Shown: positions 47,542 through 61,499 of the stretch, piece after piece | How the letters are laid out: every line of letters starts with the position of its first letter | Numbering within the stretch: the first letter of the stretch is position 1 | DNA from: Phoronis australis | Taxonomy: Eukaryota > Animalia > Phoronida | NCBI GenBank assembly: GCA_002633005.1 | Contig: NMRA01000178.1 | Location: forward strand, 534,062 to 598,061 | Direction: 5' to 3' | Length of the DNA: 64,000 bases | The notes under the pieces: model-generated | Databases searched by the model: none | Told to the model about the DNA's origin: nothing | Seen by the model: only the letters and a program-made list of their open reading frames with translations | Made by a program: the position numbers and the translations under genes

Positions 47542-48866
47542 GGATGTGCATCTCATGCTTTAAGTTAACTATGCTGGGTTCAATAGTTTAATGCTCTTGA
47601 CCTATTTTAGACGAATAACTATTTTGGAGGCACTGCTCTACACTAGCTGTAGATGATCTTCCATTCTCAACCTCCGGCTGTCTTCTGGAAAATTCTTGAT
47701 TGAAAGATGAAACATCAATCAAAACTCTGAACACTTGACTATGAAGAAGTAGATGATGACTGAGATGGTAACGTTGCAATGTTATGCTAAAAAGAATCAT
47801 AATGTAGTTGTCTAGCATAGCACTTCCATGCCAAGGTCATGAGCAACATTTGATTTTTGTATTTCTAATTTCTGATTTGCAATGCTCTTAACTGGTGTTT
47901 TTCTTTTGAGAGTTAGTATAATGACAGAAGACGGAATACTTTGAAGAGTTTATCTGTAGTATAAGAGGTTGTGCTAAATGTATTTTGTGTTTATATGAGA
48001 ATTTTCTTTCTAGCTTATGTTGCGACCATGTAGGGAATTTTCTACTTGTTGCGACATTCACAAATTTTATTCAAAACATAACAGTGTTGGTCTGTGCCCG
48101 CATCATGGGGGGGGGGTTATTTGTAAAGGCAACTTTTAAGTCATGAACTATTGAGGTTGTATTTTTCCAGCGCAGCTACAAAGCAACAAGAGTTACTGGC
48201 TCCAGTGTATTCAGTCTGTAAAAATGCTACTGTATATCTACTGGTTTGGAGAGGTATGGTTATTCGGGGGCCGGGTGATGTAGATTCATTTTGTTCCTTT
48301 CAGAATTTCGTCACATGAGAGATTAATTGACTGTGAGTACAAAATTGGCGCTGTGTAATTAATAATTTGACCAAATATCAATTCTATTGTACAACCAAAA
48401 CGGAAGTACAGTGAGGAAAATACCTTTACTTTTTAGACCCTTACTTATGGAAAATGCTTTTTAGGTGCTCAATGCACAAGGTTTACATTGGAACAGTGCA
48501 GCACATCGGTCTAACGGGGGTTGAGAGAATTTGTGGAGTATGCAATACTGGTAAAATTGAAAACGGGACTCTTGTGTCACTGCCCTATACTTGGTGATGT
48601 GTGCAAGAATTTAGTGATGAATATAACAGATGATGCCAGAGTTGTTAGATTAGCCATGATCTTTGTGAACTAAAAAGCCTGGTCTGTATATTTCAAGAGC
48701 AACTGTGTTAAGTCTCTTCACTGTGAAGTTGTAACCTAAACTGTATTATGAGGCCAAGGCCTACATTGTATATACAATAAACATTTCTGGTTCTGATTCT
48801 GGTTCCAGTGTTGAAATTTAGGAATGCAAAACTGTCTGAGAGGGAGTTAGATTTGTTGAACCACTC

Positions 48867-48904
48867 NNNNNNNNNNNNNNNNNNNNNNNNNNNNNNNNNN
48901 NNNN
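48867..48904. other. Assembly gap (N run)
   Basis: Run of N. Confidence 0.99.
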
Positions 48905-51094
48905 CTCCCTCCCGCCCTCTCTCCCTCCTCCGACTGTCATGGCAGTTCACCACACACCACAAGCGCCACTGACTGTACTCTACTTTTACCATGGGATTTT
49001 CGCCTTCTCATCGGTAATCGCGTAGATTGGACTGTACACCTGTACGTCCTCGTAGCATACAATCACATAAAATAAAAAATATATTTGGTACTACTAAAAT
49101 GCACTTATTTAGTTTTACATGCACAATAGTTTTGTAGGCGTAATTTTCACCCTCTGAAATTGACGAAATTGTAGGCCCTACTAACTGAAGTTCCCGAGAC
49201 CAGTTTGTTCCGACTGCACATTTTTGCACCTGCCGCAACCCACAGTAGAAGTTTTTAGGATATATTCATACACTTCAGAAATAGTGGTTTTGGCAGCCAA
49301 TGAGTACGTCTTTTTGCTCCCGTCAAAACGCGTCGTACTAGCGTTTTCACTTTGTGTCGTAAAATTTTGTTGAAAGTACGGGTACCCTGGTGGCTGCCTC
49401 CTCGGTGTTCTTTTGCCGACGACCAGGGGCCGGAAATGGTAGCCATATGATCTGAGGACTATTTGGGGCCCCAATATTATTTACCCTTTCAGGGCCTATA
49501 GGCGGCCTGCTTATAGCAGGCACCTCACCAAAGAATCACTGAATCCAAAATCCCATACAAATCAACAAATGAACTTCAACTGAATTTGTGCCAGGGTATG
49601 TGTATGTTAAAATGAAGTTTTCGGCGAGAAAATTCTTTTCCACAGATCAGCCCCAGCGCTAACTTGAAACTTGCGTCCGCAGCTAAGATCGGAGATCTGT
49701 TGAGCGAAGAGCTAAGTCCCGGCCCGATTAGACGTTAGTGTACTTTAGTGGTATACAGGCCTACAGTTTAACTGATCAGTTTCAACGAATGTCTGGCCAG
49801 CAGCCAAGTGCAAGATGATACATTAATTCATTCATCAGTAAAATTGAACTGCGATGGTTACAAACAGTAAGTTGATATTATCTTTGTGTTTTCCCAGTCA
49901 CTCATTCACCCTATTGAGTCTTATGCAACTGGACAGACTACTGAAGAACCACATGGGACCATCGGCTGTTGAACACTTGCAACTGGCAATTTTTGGAAAA
50001 TAAATATCTCAATTTTGTAACATTCGAATATTTATGTTTTTTTTTTGTTTTTTACTAAATTCAAACATAACAGGCATTATGAAAAATCTCTGCCTGGCTG
50101 TAGGCCCCGACCTATATGTGGTTGTTATTAAATTCACAATTTTGATCTCGTGAATTTCGTTGCCGAAGATAATATCCTCAATGAATACTATCAGTCAAGT
50201 TAGCCTTATGATTTATCCAATGCGATAAAGAAGGCTAAAAAGATTACACACAATTACATGATCAATACATGAATAATTCTTTGTGGGTCACCTGTATGGC
50301 GAATCAATTCATAAAAAACAACGGATATTAAGCTCGCTGGTCAAAGCTAATAAATTCCAATCAACAATAAACGTTTTCTGAAAAGACCCATTAAAGCTGC
50401 ATTTTTCCCTGCGTAGCTACTATAAAAACTTTCCTCTCAAAATCAGTCGTATAATATTCTCCGAACGCGATAGAGTTCTAAGTACGTTATCATTTCAATG
50501 AGACAGAGTCAACAATCCATGCACCGACAGGAGTCATTCTCAAACACGGAAGTGGACTGGCCAACCCAAAACCTTTGAAGCGTGTACTTGAATCACTGAT
50601 GGTTTCGATGTTTTTATCGGTAACGAAAAAGGATTATGCCTCACGTGCGCACCCAGCCTTTAACATGGGGGACTCGAATTTCTGGCGATGTGGACCTTTA
50701 GCTGACAAAAAAGCGGGAGGACTAAAAAAATCTGGGGTACCACCTTCAGAACTGCGAACTGTGCGTCTGCGCCTTTTTAGTGGCCTTTTGTCTCGTTAGC
50801 TCGGACTTTTTGTTTCTCTAAGGCGGACCTTTTTGCCCACTTCGCCAAATGGGGGGACGAGCCCACCGAGCCCCCACCCCCGGATGCGCGGGGGGATCCG
50901 ATTTTATGTGGCCGCCGGATTTCATGAGAGTGAAGAGCCTAATTCGATTTTTGCTTTCTTAATCCAGCTAAACACGACGAAATGCAGCCATTCTTATTTT
51001 TTTACCTGAAAGTCAATGATGACCGAACAAAAACAATGGAGAGAATCAGTAATATATAATGATATCGGGCTTACAATAATTAAATGTATTTTAC

Positions 51095-52002
51095 GACTTG
51101 AACAACGGGCCATAGACGGTTTTTTTAAAGAACTAGGCTGAGATAACGTGAAGATTTTTTATCGAATTAGAAGTTTTAGAAAAATGAACGACTCGAAAAC
51201 ATTTTTCTTATATATTTTTCTCAGCTTTTGACCCACATTTACCAGGCTATACATTGAACTTTTGAGCATAGAAAAACGGCCAGACTTAGTTCATTTCTTC
51301 GCCTTTGAAATAGACGTCGCTGTTGTTGTTAATACAAGTTATCTCCTCTGCACAGTTAGTCACTTCCGGCGATAAGCGCAAAAATGAAATCGGTGGCGCT
51401 GTGGGAATCACAAGGCTTATCTTGATCGTCTAAAAAATAGAAAACGCGGCGATACTTATTAAGACCACTTGTTAATAGGTAAGTTTAAGTGTTGGATCTG
51501 CTTAAAAACATAAACAAAGCGCCTTTTTNTTTATGCTTAGGCGGACGAACATTGGGTTCCCCAGTATATAACTTGAACAACGGGCCATAGACGTTTTTTT
51601 TAAAGAACTAGGCTGAGATAACGTGAAGATTTTTTATCGAATTAGAAGCTTTAGAAAAATGAGCGACTCGAAAACATTTTCTTATATATTTTTCTCAGCT
51701 TTTGACCCACATTTACCAGGCTATACATTGAACTTTTGAGCACAGAAAAACGGCCAGACTTAGTTCATTTCTTCGCCTTTGAAATAGACGTCGCTGTTGT
51801 TGTTAATACAAGTTATCTCCTCTGCACAGTTAGTCACTTCCGGCGATAAGCGCAAAAATGAAATCGGTGGCGCTGTGGGAATCACAAGGCTTATCTTGAT
51901 CGTCTAAAAAATAGAAAACGCGGCGATACTTATTAAGACCACTTGTTAATAGGTAAGTTTAAGTGTTGGATCTGCTTAAAAACATAAACAAAGCGCCTTT
52001 TT
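51095..52002. repeat. ~430-bp tandem pair (51095-51528 / 51571-52002) with N at 51529; probable haplotype artefact
   Basis: Near-identical copies. Confidence 0.85.
51830..51952 (+). promoter_or_regulatory. Candidate promoter and non-coding first exon of an unidentified downstream + strand gene
   Basis: CpG-richer patch with ETS-type cacttccgg and a strong AATAG|gtaagt donor at 51953. Confidence 0.35.
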
Positions 52003-55000
52003 TGGAAGTTAGCTGAGCAAAACGACCGAAATCTCCTACTCAAATGCCACTGCCGGAGACGGAGTGGACGACAGTCGCTAGTCGGACAGACGAGTGATGG
52101 TGTCAGACAGTGACAATGTCAAATGTGTCTCGCACTGACGGCCTGCCCGGTGGAGTCGACTCTACGTCAGACTTGATGGACAGCGAAAAACCTGCCCGAC
52201 CCGTGTGTCATTTTCTCCTTTGCGAATTAGGGGTACTCTTTTTGTGCTGTTTCTCAGTTTTACCAGTTCCTGGTTTTAGCCAAATTAGGCCTTTTAGGGT
52301 GCTGGCATGCAGCGCATCGGATGAGCACGGAAACCAAAGTGTTTAATTCTATGAATGTCTGATAATTGCAGTGTGTTTGATTCCTCTTGATGAGGACACA
52401 AATTGGAGGCAGAAGGGGGGGGGAGGTATTGTGTTGGACATGGTCGACGGAGAGAACTGGTCCCTAACTTCTTTTCAATCATTCATATCTCTTCAAATAA
52501 TGGTGCGACATCGGTGAATGATACCTCTATGGATTCATTAAAGTCTATTTTACGTATCTATGCACAGACTGATCACCTCCATGGCTTCATTTCAGATTAA
52601 TTTTTAGGAGATTTTTGTAAAAAGTTTCGACTCCTGAACGCTTCAACAGAGGTAGTAGAGGGACCCATTCTCTCGACTTCTCCTCATGGGACTTAATCTT
52701 GATGTTTTTAGAACATATCTCTCGTACACCAAATTTGTAATAAAGGAACTCTTGCCATAATTGTAATGAAATGTATTAATGTCATGAAAGGTGTCGGAAG
52801 TCTTGTTAAGTTCTTGATCTGGCCACTGTGTGACGCATTTGTCGTTCAATAGTTACCTTGTGATTGAATGTTGCCTGAGGTTTTGTAATCAGGATCATTC
52901 ATTGACGGGGAAATTTGATCAATAAATGACCCCAAGTCACTCACTCCCTTGCCAATGCGAACTAAAAAGCCCTTGGGAGAGTCGAAGTTCAGGTGGGGAG
53001 TGTTGTGAATACTGAAAATGCACGACAAATGATGTTTTGACTTGGACATTAGTCTTGCTGCAATCAGACATTTCTAGAAAATAATTTGAATTAATTTTGT
53101 TGATTTCAAAGTGGTAAAGGTGCAGAATCTAAATTTTGAGTCACGCTTGCCGTTGCGTCCCAAGTCGATGACAACACATCCTAGTAAACTGGTTCTCAGT
53201 GCAGTCATGTCCATTAGAAGTGGTACTTACCGAGATCACGAACCTGTATTCATCATAGTTTTGAGAACCTATTTCTGTTGAGTATTTTGAGTTATTGGTT
53301 TTGAATGATTTATTTTTACCATATATGGCAAAGGTAAATCAACTCCCTGCGCCAGGAGCTACGCTAACCTTAGGATTGGTACCACTGGCGTAGTTTGCCG
53401 TTTGCTGCAAATGCTCGGTTTGTAACACTTGCAAACAAAAATTTTAAAATGAAAAATATTGGTACAATATATTTTCTAGTGTCGAGCTTGGATGATAGAC
53501 ACGATAGTTTTTGTCTTACCTGATATCCCACACTAACTTAATCTGCAAAATTAACAACAACGACTCGGCGCATTCTGAAGGCACGTCACTGCCACGGATA
53601 TATGTAAGTGTGTGATGCAATGGTCATATCCAGTTTATCATCTGCGTTGCAGGGAATCTCTTGACTTTAGAAACTCACCTTTCCATGGCAGGATATTCTC
53701 TGACTAGCTGAGTACGTGGCAACATTTGCCCAATAAACAAATGGTTTTGATAACTGTTTGGCATCATGTTAATCAACAATGTCAATGCGAAAAAGGACTT
53801 TTGAGTCCTGAAAAGCACGGTTTATAGTATTATTCAGGCGCAAGGTGACAACTTTTTACCAAGTAACTTGAAGGAATTTTTCGGCAGATAGAGGTGAATC
53901 ACTGACCACTAGAGCCTTCTTCGCAAGTCTCAAAAGAGAGCCCATTATTTCAAGACAAAGGTAAGCCGATCTAGCCTTTGAAGTTTGAATTCCCCCCAAA
54001 AGTGTTTGGTATATTATCGGGGTCATTTCACATGAGCTGGTTTGCACGATTTACCTGGCTGCACTGCGACAGAAGCACGTATGCGACACCTTTGTCACTT
54101 GTGTTTAAAACAGTTTTCAAAAGGTAACTAATGTGCCATGTACATCCACACCTGAATTCAGCAACTGGAAGAGGATAAATTTCTAGCTCATGAAAAGTCA
54201 CGACGTCCCAGAGCTGCGATGTAAAAGATTTCGAGTTTTTGTAATGCTTTTTAAAGTCATAGGGATTGATTTACTTCCTTTGTGTTGTCGTAAATACATC
54301 TGCATATCATCAAATCTGAAGCCTTCACATCTCAGCTCCCCTATCTTTAAAAACGCTCCACCACCAATGCCAGTGGCAACACATGGATCTCATCGAAGTT
54401 ATCGACAGATTTCACTAGTACCGTCATCAAGGGCACATTTTGTGTTCATGTATAAAAGAATGACTCAATGTTAAAAAATGTTAAAATTTGAAATTGCAGC
54501 ACTACCCTTGTGATAATTTTGCTGATCTGTCATTGGACAATGACTTGTAGTCTATGCTGGTTTAGTAGCAAAGCTCAAGTGACATTGCTTGGAACACCTC
54601 AAGAATTAGATTTAAGTCAGTGAGAGAAGGACCTTGGTATTACAGCGTGCCATTTTTTGACATTGTGGAATTTGATGCTGTCACCTGAGTAGTAATGAAG
54701 ACAGGCCTGAGTCAGAGTCGGGATGTGTCTGTAATCCTGAATTCAGGCATGTCTATTGGTCAACTCAGGTTTCATTCATTGAGGCACATTCCACTACTTA
54801 TTGTTGTGTCAGTCTCTGACAATGGACTCACAACCTGCCACTTAAGATTGCCACTAGTGATGAGATATTGGCCACTCATTGAGATCCTGGGTCTAGCCCT
54901 TATTTGTATTTGGTTTTGAAAACTGGTTTATCATTGTGGAGTAGCTGTAGTGGGCTTCTGGTTTTGAACTGGCTGGAGTGCATGACATTCCATTGGACGC

Positions 55001-55887
55001 CCAGACAACCTTCAATGTGCTCTGAGTAAATGCTAGACAATGTGCGAGGAAGCTTGTGCCTGGGAAATATGGAAATTAGACTCATTAAGCTCCTGGGGCT
55101 TAAAGCAGGAGGTCCTGGGTTGTCAAAAGACAGGGTGGCTATTTTAAACAAGATTTGCTGCTTCCATGTAGCTAATTGTTTATCTATACATCTTGTGTGA
55201 AAAAAATGTCAACGGAGCATCCTGTTATTGACATTGATGACTATCGAATGGCAATGGCAGAATCTGTCAATTTTTGTGTTCTGAACTGGCATTTCGTTAC
55301 CTCTGTGTGTCTGATATTTTTTCTTTACTGAATTCATAAATGTGCACCTTTCTCAGATTTTTTGTGTGTAGATTTTGAGGACTTTTTACTCATATAATGC
55401 CTGTGAGGACTGACAGGTCTGCAGGTTGTGATTAATGCTCCAGGCATGAATACAAGCTGTAGTGGTAATAGGCCAATATTTACATTACCAAAACAAGTAT
55501 AGATAAGGGTGAGTGGGTGAATTGTTCTCATCTCCTGTATTCAGGGCCCCACTGCCAGGCCCCATTATCAGGTGGCTCTTCACTAATGGTCTGTCATCCA
55601 GTAGCTGTATGCTTGTCCTCAAACCGCAGTATTATAATCTTCCAAACAGAAAGGTGATCTGTTTTATTAACAGAACAATTTCCTTCCTTGTGGTCTCTCA
55701 TTGTGTTTTGCCTGAGGTGGATGAATGGTGTTGGGTTGTGTTTCTGCTATGTGACATTGAATTATAGGGTAAGGCCTGACCTGGTATAATTCAGTCAGAG
55801 GTGTTTGGTGTGGTTAATCTTGGTGGACAGACTTGACACTGTTGATTAGGAAAGTAAAGGTACGTTGCCTCAACTCAAACCTCTCTG

Positions 55888-56032
55888 GGTAGAGTTCAGT
55901 AACGCTAAGACCTGCGGTAGGACCTCACTAAAATCCAGCCAAAATCATGTTTTTCGTTAAAACACATAGCAATATCTCATATAATCTCACAGTCTTGCTT
56001 TTTACGAGGCCCTAGCGTCACTGAAGTCTACC
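55888..56032. mobile_element. Harbinger-like MITE with CTG 3-bp TSD (degenerate copy at ~58006-58157)
   Basis: TIRs GGTAGAGTTCAGTAACGCTA / TAGCGTCACTGAAGTCTACC with ctg on both flanks. Confidence 0.75.
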
Positions 56033-57314
56033 CTGTTCTCAAAATTGTGGGGAGGGCATGGTCTGGTTTAGACATGAAAAGGGTAGGCTGGGATGTTATT
56101 TCCGCACATTTGATGTGGGACGAGCCTTTTCCAGTGCAGTGGATACTTCAGTGGGTTCATTGAATAGAAGCAGTTAGACAGAAGATAGATTGATGCTTGG
56201 CTTCTTTCAACAAATTTATCTGCTACTGGAATGGAATGGATAAAATTAGTTCCAGTTCCTTGTACTGACATGTTCCTGAACATTCCTTTCCCAGCAGTTG
56301 TTATGTTTAGAGATTCCAGCACACAGGCCTGTGTTCCCTGGCCTAGAGTACATTGATCTTGTTTGTACATTGGTTCCCATTGAAAACATGCATTCACATG
56401 GCCATTATGTAAGAGTTAAGCCCTGACTGTTATTGACAAAACAACCAGTCCACTCCATTGTTCCCCCTTTTCTTCCCAGGCCACCACCCTTGTGAAGTGT
56501 TCTAAGATTTAGCTGTATGCCACCCTACTGCTATAATAGCCACTCTATTCAGTCCATTGTGGATCATATTTTTATGTTTTGTTTTCCCAATAAAGACCAG
56601 AATACTCATCAGGCACATGGAAATCTCAAAATGAGGGAACTATTTTTGTATTAAATCTCTAACTTAGTTAACAGTAAAAATTTTCAAGTTTGGTACAGTG
56701 AAAAATTAATTATTTTGCTCTTGGTCGGAACTTGTTTTGAATTCTAGTAATCTGCAGTATTGGCTCTCCCAAATTCAAGAATCACCAGAAACAGCAAAAA
56801 TATGCACTCTGTAGACTGAAAATACATTGTCCGAAACCTGAGAATGTATGATGAGCAACAAAATCGCCCTTGTCGCATATTACAGAATGAGCGAAATTCA
56901 ATTTTTGCAGCAGTTTCCGTGACCCAAATTACACATCTACAAATTGGAGTATTTTTACCGTACTTTTCACAATTTTGTGCTATGTTTTCCTAAAAAAAAA
57001 CTCACGCGGGCCATGATGACCTAAGTTTGGTGAAACGTTGTGATCTGGAAAACACCAAGGGCGCAGTGATGGTAGTTGTTTTATGGTAACTAAAAATTAT
57101 CAACTTAATGGTGTTTGGAACGTAGAAACACAATCACGTTTGTATGATGTGCTTACATCTGACTTGGCTATGACCGCTGTTACAATGTTCAATGTGTTAG
57201 GGAAATTATCAAAGTGAGTGTTAGCATCTTTCTGTAAGGGCACTGTGTGGTGTTGACGAGCAGGAACTGAGCATATGCAAGATATCTCAGGTGCTGTGCA
57301 TAAATGGGCATCGT

Positions 57315-57740
57315 ACTCTAGTTCATTGTGATCACGTAATGTATTATATTGTGATCACATTACATGTGCTAGTTCATTGTGGTCACATCGCGCTGTAGTT
57401 CTGCATGATCACGTACTCTAGTTCATTATGATCACATCGCACTGTGGTTCATTATGATCACATCGCACTGCGGTTCATTATGATCACATCGCACTGCGGT
57501 TCATTATGATCACATCGCACTGTGGTTCATTATGATCACATCGCACTGTGGTTCATTATGATCACATCGCACTGTGGTTCATTATGATCACATCCCACTG
57601 TGGTTCATTATGATCATATCGCACTGTGGTTCATTATGATCACATCGCACTATGGTTCATTATGATCACATTGCACTTTGGTTCATTGTTCTCTAATAAA
57701 TTGTGATCCCATTGTACTCTAGTTCATAATGATCACATCT
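57315..57740. repeat. 26-bp minisatellite (GTTCATTATGATCACATCGCACTGTG), ~10 core copies with degenerate flanks
   Basis: Units start at 57421, 57447, 57473 ... 57655. Confidence 0.95.
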
Positions 57741-58764
57741 TATAGTAAATCATAATCTAGTGAATTAAATACAGAATTAATAATGCCAGTGACAAACCTG
57801 CTCAGACCAGTCACACCTAGTGGAAGTATTCATTCTTCCTTCAACCATATGGCCAGGACTTTTCAATGTTTATTATCATTAATACTATTAGGCATCCAGT
57901 AGCCTGTGACATGAACACTTTATGATAGAATTTTGGGACTCATTCAACATTGCTTCCTGTTGGAATTAGATCCCCTGCACAGTTTTAATCTCAGAAGAAA
58001 AGCTGGTGTGCGTTCAGTAACGCTAGGACCTACGTTAAGCCCTAGCTAAAATCTAGTTAAAGTCACGTATTATCATTCAAAATACACGGCAATGTCTCAC
58101 ATTATCTCGGGAAATCTTGCTTTTTAGCGAGGTCCTAGTGTTCCTGAATGGGAGGCAGGATAAAATCACCCTCTTGTTGCTTAAGCCAAACTCTATAGCC
58201 ATCTGAATAGAAAACCAGCAGGAGGTCCTACAAACCTCAGCTGAATGTCCTTCTGTGTTGTAACAAGTACCATGTGGCCAAGGGAAGCAGGACATAAATC
58301 CATATGATTCTTATCTTGCAAAACATCTATTGTTAAACTCATTGAACATTGCTTCCTGATACTTGAGAATTGTGAGTACTCATTGAACATCTTGTGCCCT
58401 TGTTATTTGAAATGTGTCTAGTGTAAACAAGTTGTAGTACTGTTATGGCTGAAACAGAAACTAGAAGTGCAGTTGTCAACTATCTGGTTTCTGTTTTGTG
58501 GCTGAAACCTATGGGCCACTGTCTTTACACATTATGGTTTACACCCATGTACAAGTGCTACACATTTACGGTAGTATCAACTTAATGCAGAATACCCTTT
58601 CAATGAGCTTATGATGAAGTTGTTGCTGAGCGAACATCAATGTAGAATTAAAACTACGGTGAAAGACGATCTAACAATGAGGAGACCAACGCGTGCCCTT
58701 GTTCTGATACCCAGGTTTGGCTGCTAAGTTATGAGACCTTTGTGACCAGTCATAAGGTATAATA

Positions 58765-59170
58765 AGTCTAGTCCACACACACAGACTTACCATCCTAGGT
58801 AGAACAAGTTACTCCCAGAATGAGTTGTCGCAAGGCTTGGAGGGTGGGGAGGGGGGGGTGGGGGGAGGCGTGTGGAAGCTACTTAAACCAGCATGTCTTA
58901 CTCCAACTTATTAAGGCAACTTGTTCTAGGTTAACTTGCGCCAGAAGCCTGATGCGAGGCGAAAGTAATTATCAGCTGCTATTTGTGCATACAGACGAGT
59001 GGGTCTTCTTTTGCACCCCCTATTCATCAGCTGTTCATTGTCATACACATGTAAAGCAATAACTTCCGCCATACCCTAGTCAGATATGTGTGTGTGGAAA
59101 GTCCACTTAAAAATGGGATAAGTTGCACCATTGCAAGTTGTTCTAGGGTAGGCTGTATGCAGATGGGACT
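58765..59170. mobile_element. PIF/Harbinger-like MITE
   Basis: Imperfect TIRs agtctagtccacacacacagacttacc / ggtaggctgtatgcagatgggact; AT-rich flanks; homologous to 8146-8545. Confidence 0.65.
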
Positions 59171-59585
59171 TTAAATCGGAGGCATTTAAGCTCTAGGCAC
59201 TGGTCTATCGTTTGGACTGATTGACCTTTAGGGTAAGTGCCCCCCCCCCATGACTTCTCAGAAACCTCATGTTTTTTCACGCCTATGTTCGTTTCGTGTT
59301 AATGCCCATACATACTCTGATGGNCAATAACTTCCGCCATACCCTAGTCAGATATGTGTGTGTGGAAAGTCCACTTAAAAATGGGATAAGTTGCACCATT
59401 GCAAGTTGTTCTAGGGTAGGCTGTATGCAGATGGGACTTTTAAGGCATTTAAGCTCTAGGCACTGGTCTATCGTTTGGACTGATTGACCTTTAGGGTAAG
59501 TGCCCTCCCCCATGACTTCTCAGAAACCTCATGTTTTTTCACGCCTATGTTCGTTTCGTGTTAATGCCCATACATACTCTGATGG
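59058..59585. repeat. ~265-bp tandem pair joined by N at 59324; probable haplotype artefact
   Basis: Near-identical copies with a small indel. Confidence 0.85.
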
Positions 59586-61390
59586 CCGCGTCCCCAATTG
59601 ATCTGATTAAAAACCGGACAATCGCCTCACAAATAAAAAAGTTCATGTGCAGTTCAGCGTTTCGTCTGTATCTCTCACTTCACTTTATGGATGTTACCTG
59701 AGCTGTATGTTGGCACTTGTTGTCCTAAATTGTTGTAAATATGATCCTGATGATGTCTAATGAAAAAATGAAACGTTGAATTGAACATGAAATTTTTTAT
59801 TTGTGCGGTGATTGTCCGGTTTTTAATTTTACTTTGGCCAAAAACTGATTTAACTACCAATTGATCTGCCATGGTTGGTAAACTGGATAAGCACGGTAGT
59901 TGCTTGGTGTTCACGGCTTCATGTCAACTTGGGTCGTTTGGTAATGTGACAATACACCTTGTCTAGCTGTTTAAAAACTTATTGCCATGAGTTCAGTTTT
60001 GGTTTTGATACCTTAGTTCTTTAGGAAAACTGTCCCAATGATTTACTGGCTGATAAATTCTAGTGTGAAAACAGATGAATAAAAGTTTGACCAGCCCTGA
60101 ACTTTATCAGTTACCTTGTATGGTGTGTATTGAGGTCAAAACTCTACCTGCAGGTTGGTTGTGGCATATTACCTGTTGAGGATATTTAATATGCATGCAG
60201 ATGGTTGGCCATGTGCCTGCAGGTGTACACCTGTGGAAATTATTAATGAGTTACCTGCCATTTTGACCTGTATGATTAGGTCCTACATTTGAACAAATGC
60301 TGTGTCATGAGGTGACAATGCAGGACCCTTTCTGTTTTGGTAGTTAAATTGTGCCCTGTTCTTAAAGTGGAAAGCGCCCACCTGTACTGAAGTGTGACGT
60401 GGGAGGAAGTCATTTTTGCGGTGTCCTGGCACAGTTTGGTTCAAACAAGCGTGGTCCATCTCATATTACAAAATTAGATGCACTGCTACAGTTTCAGTAG
60501 CCACTTCCATAAGATTACTTATGTCTCACTCTGGGCAGCAACATTTGACAAGTCTTTCAAACACTGCCATTGTCTGCAGGATTTATTGTCAAACGCATAC
60601 ATTGTGAATGCCCTTGATGATGATGATTCATGGTATCAATTTGATATTCCTCCTCTATTGTAATATTCTCTTAACAAGTAATTCTACCCTTATGCATCAT
60701 TGACTAAACTAGGTTGGTGGTAGTCTAGATGACAGTTAATGGAAGCCAGGAATTGATAGTGGTGTAGCAGTGGCAACCCTTCACTCCCTATGAATGCATG
60801 TTCATTGTTCACATCCCCTCCCAGGTCCCCTTGTAGGAGGCATTACTAGAAAAGAACACAATCTGTCACCCACAACACTGCACTTGTTTTGCTTGATCCC
60901 CTAATTACTGAGCTATCGAACTACTAATTCATCATTTTAGAACTGGCAAATTGTTGCTTTCATTCATTTGGTTGAAACTCAAACAAAAAAACATGAAAAC
61001 TTGAACAAATATCTACTCGAATATTCTAAATCCTGTGTTGTTTTTTGCAGACTCACTTTATTTTCTTACCTCACAACTTAAAAGAGCATATGTCAGACTG
61101 ACACCAATGTGATGCAATTTACATACTGTACAAGTACTGATATTTATCATACAGGAATCTTAATAGATCTTCCATTAAATTTTGTCACTTGATGAATGAT
61201 GTCCATCTGTTGATACATTTCTGAAGACACCAGTCAACAAAGACACATGGTCTGGTCTTTTAATTATTGACTCATCCCTCGGTAACCAGTAACCGGTAAC
61301 TGGTAATTGGTATCTGTTCTGTTTGTTGGAACAGTTGCCTGTCTTCCTGTGCAGAGACTCCAGCCTAGACGCTGGAATCATTTGCCCTCC

Positions 61391-61499
61391 ATGTGTGCGT
61401 CCATCCTGCCTTCGTCTCTGTCCGTTGTTTCAGTCGTTGAAACTATTAGGTCAAGATTGGATTCTTTTCGTTTTTCGAGAATAACACTTTCGGATGGTG
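61391..61499 (+). CDS. Candidate coding first exon (MCASILPSSLSVVSVVETIRSRLDSFRFSRITLSDG) of a gene continuing beyond the window
   Basis: tccATG, locally CpG-richer, strong GGTG|gtaagt donor (phase 1); no family recognised. Confidence 0.3.

Noticed and set aside
48905-49520. CpG-rich stretch after the gap with short minus-strand ORFs
   Set aside because: No recognisable domain or consistent splice structure; could be a TE fragment or promoter but cannot be supported
50642-50895. Possible hAT-like element (cacgtgcgcaccc ... ggatgcgcgggg)
   Set aside because: Termini too degenerate and no TSD found
57421-57690. CRISPR-like regular repeat
   Set aside because: Head-to-tail units with no spacers, no cas genes, eukaryotic context
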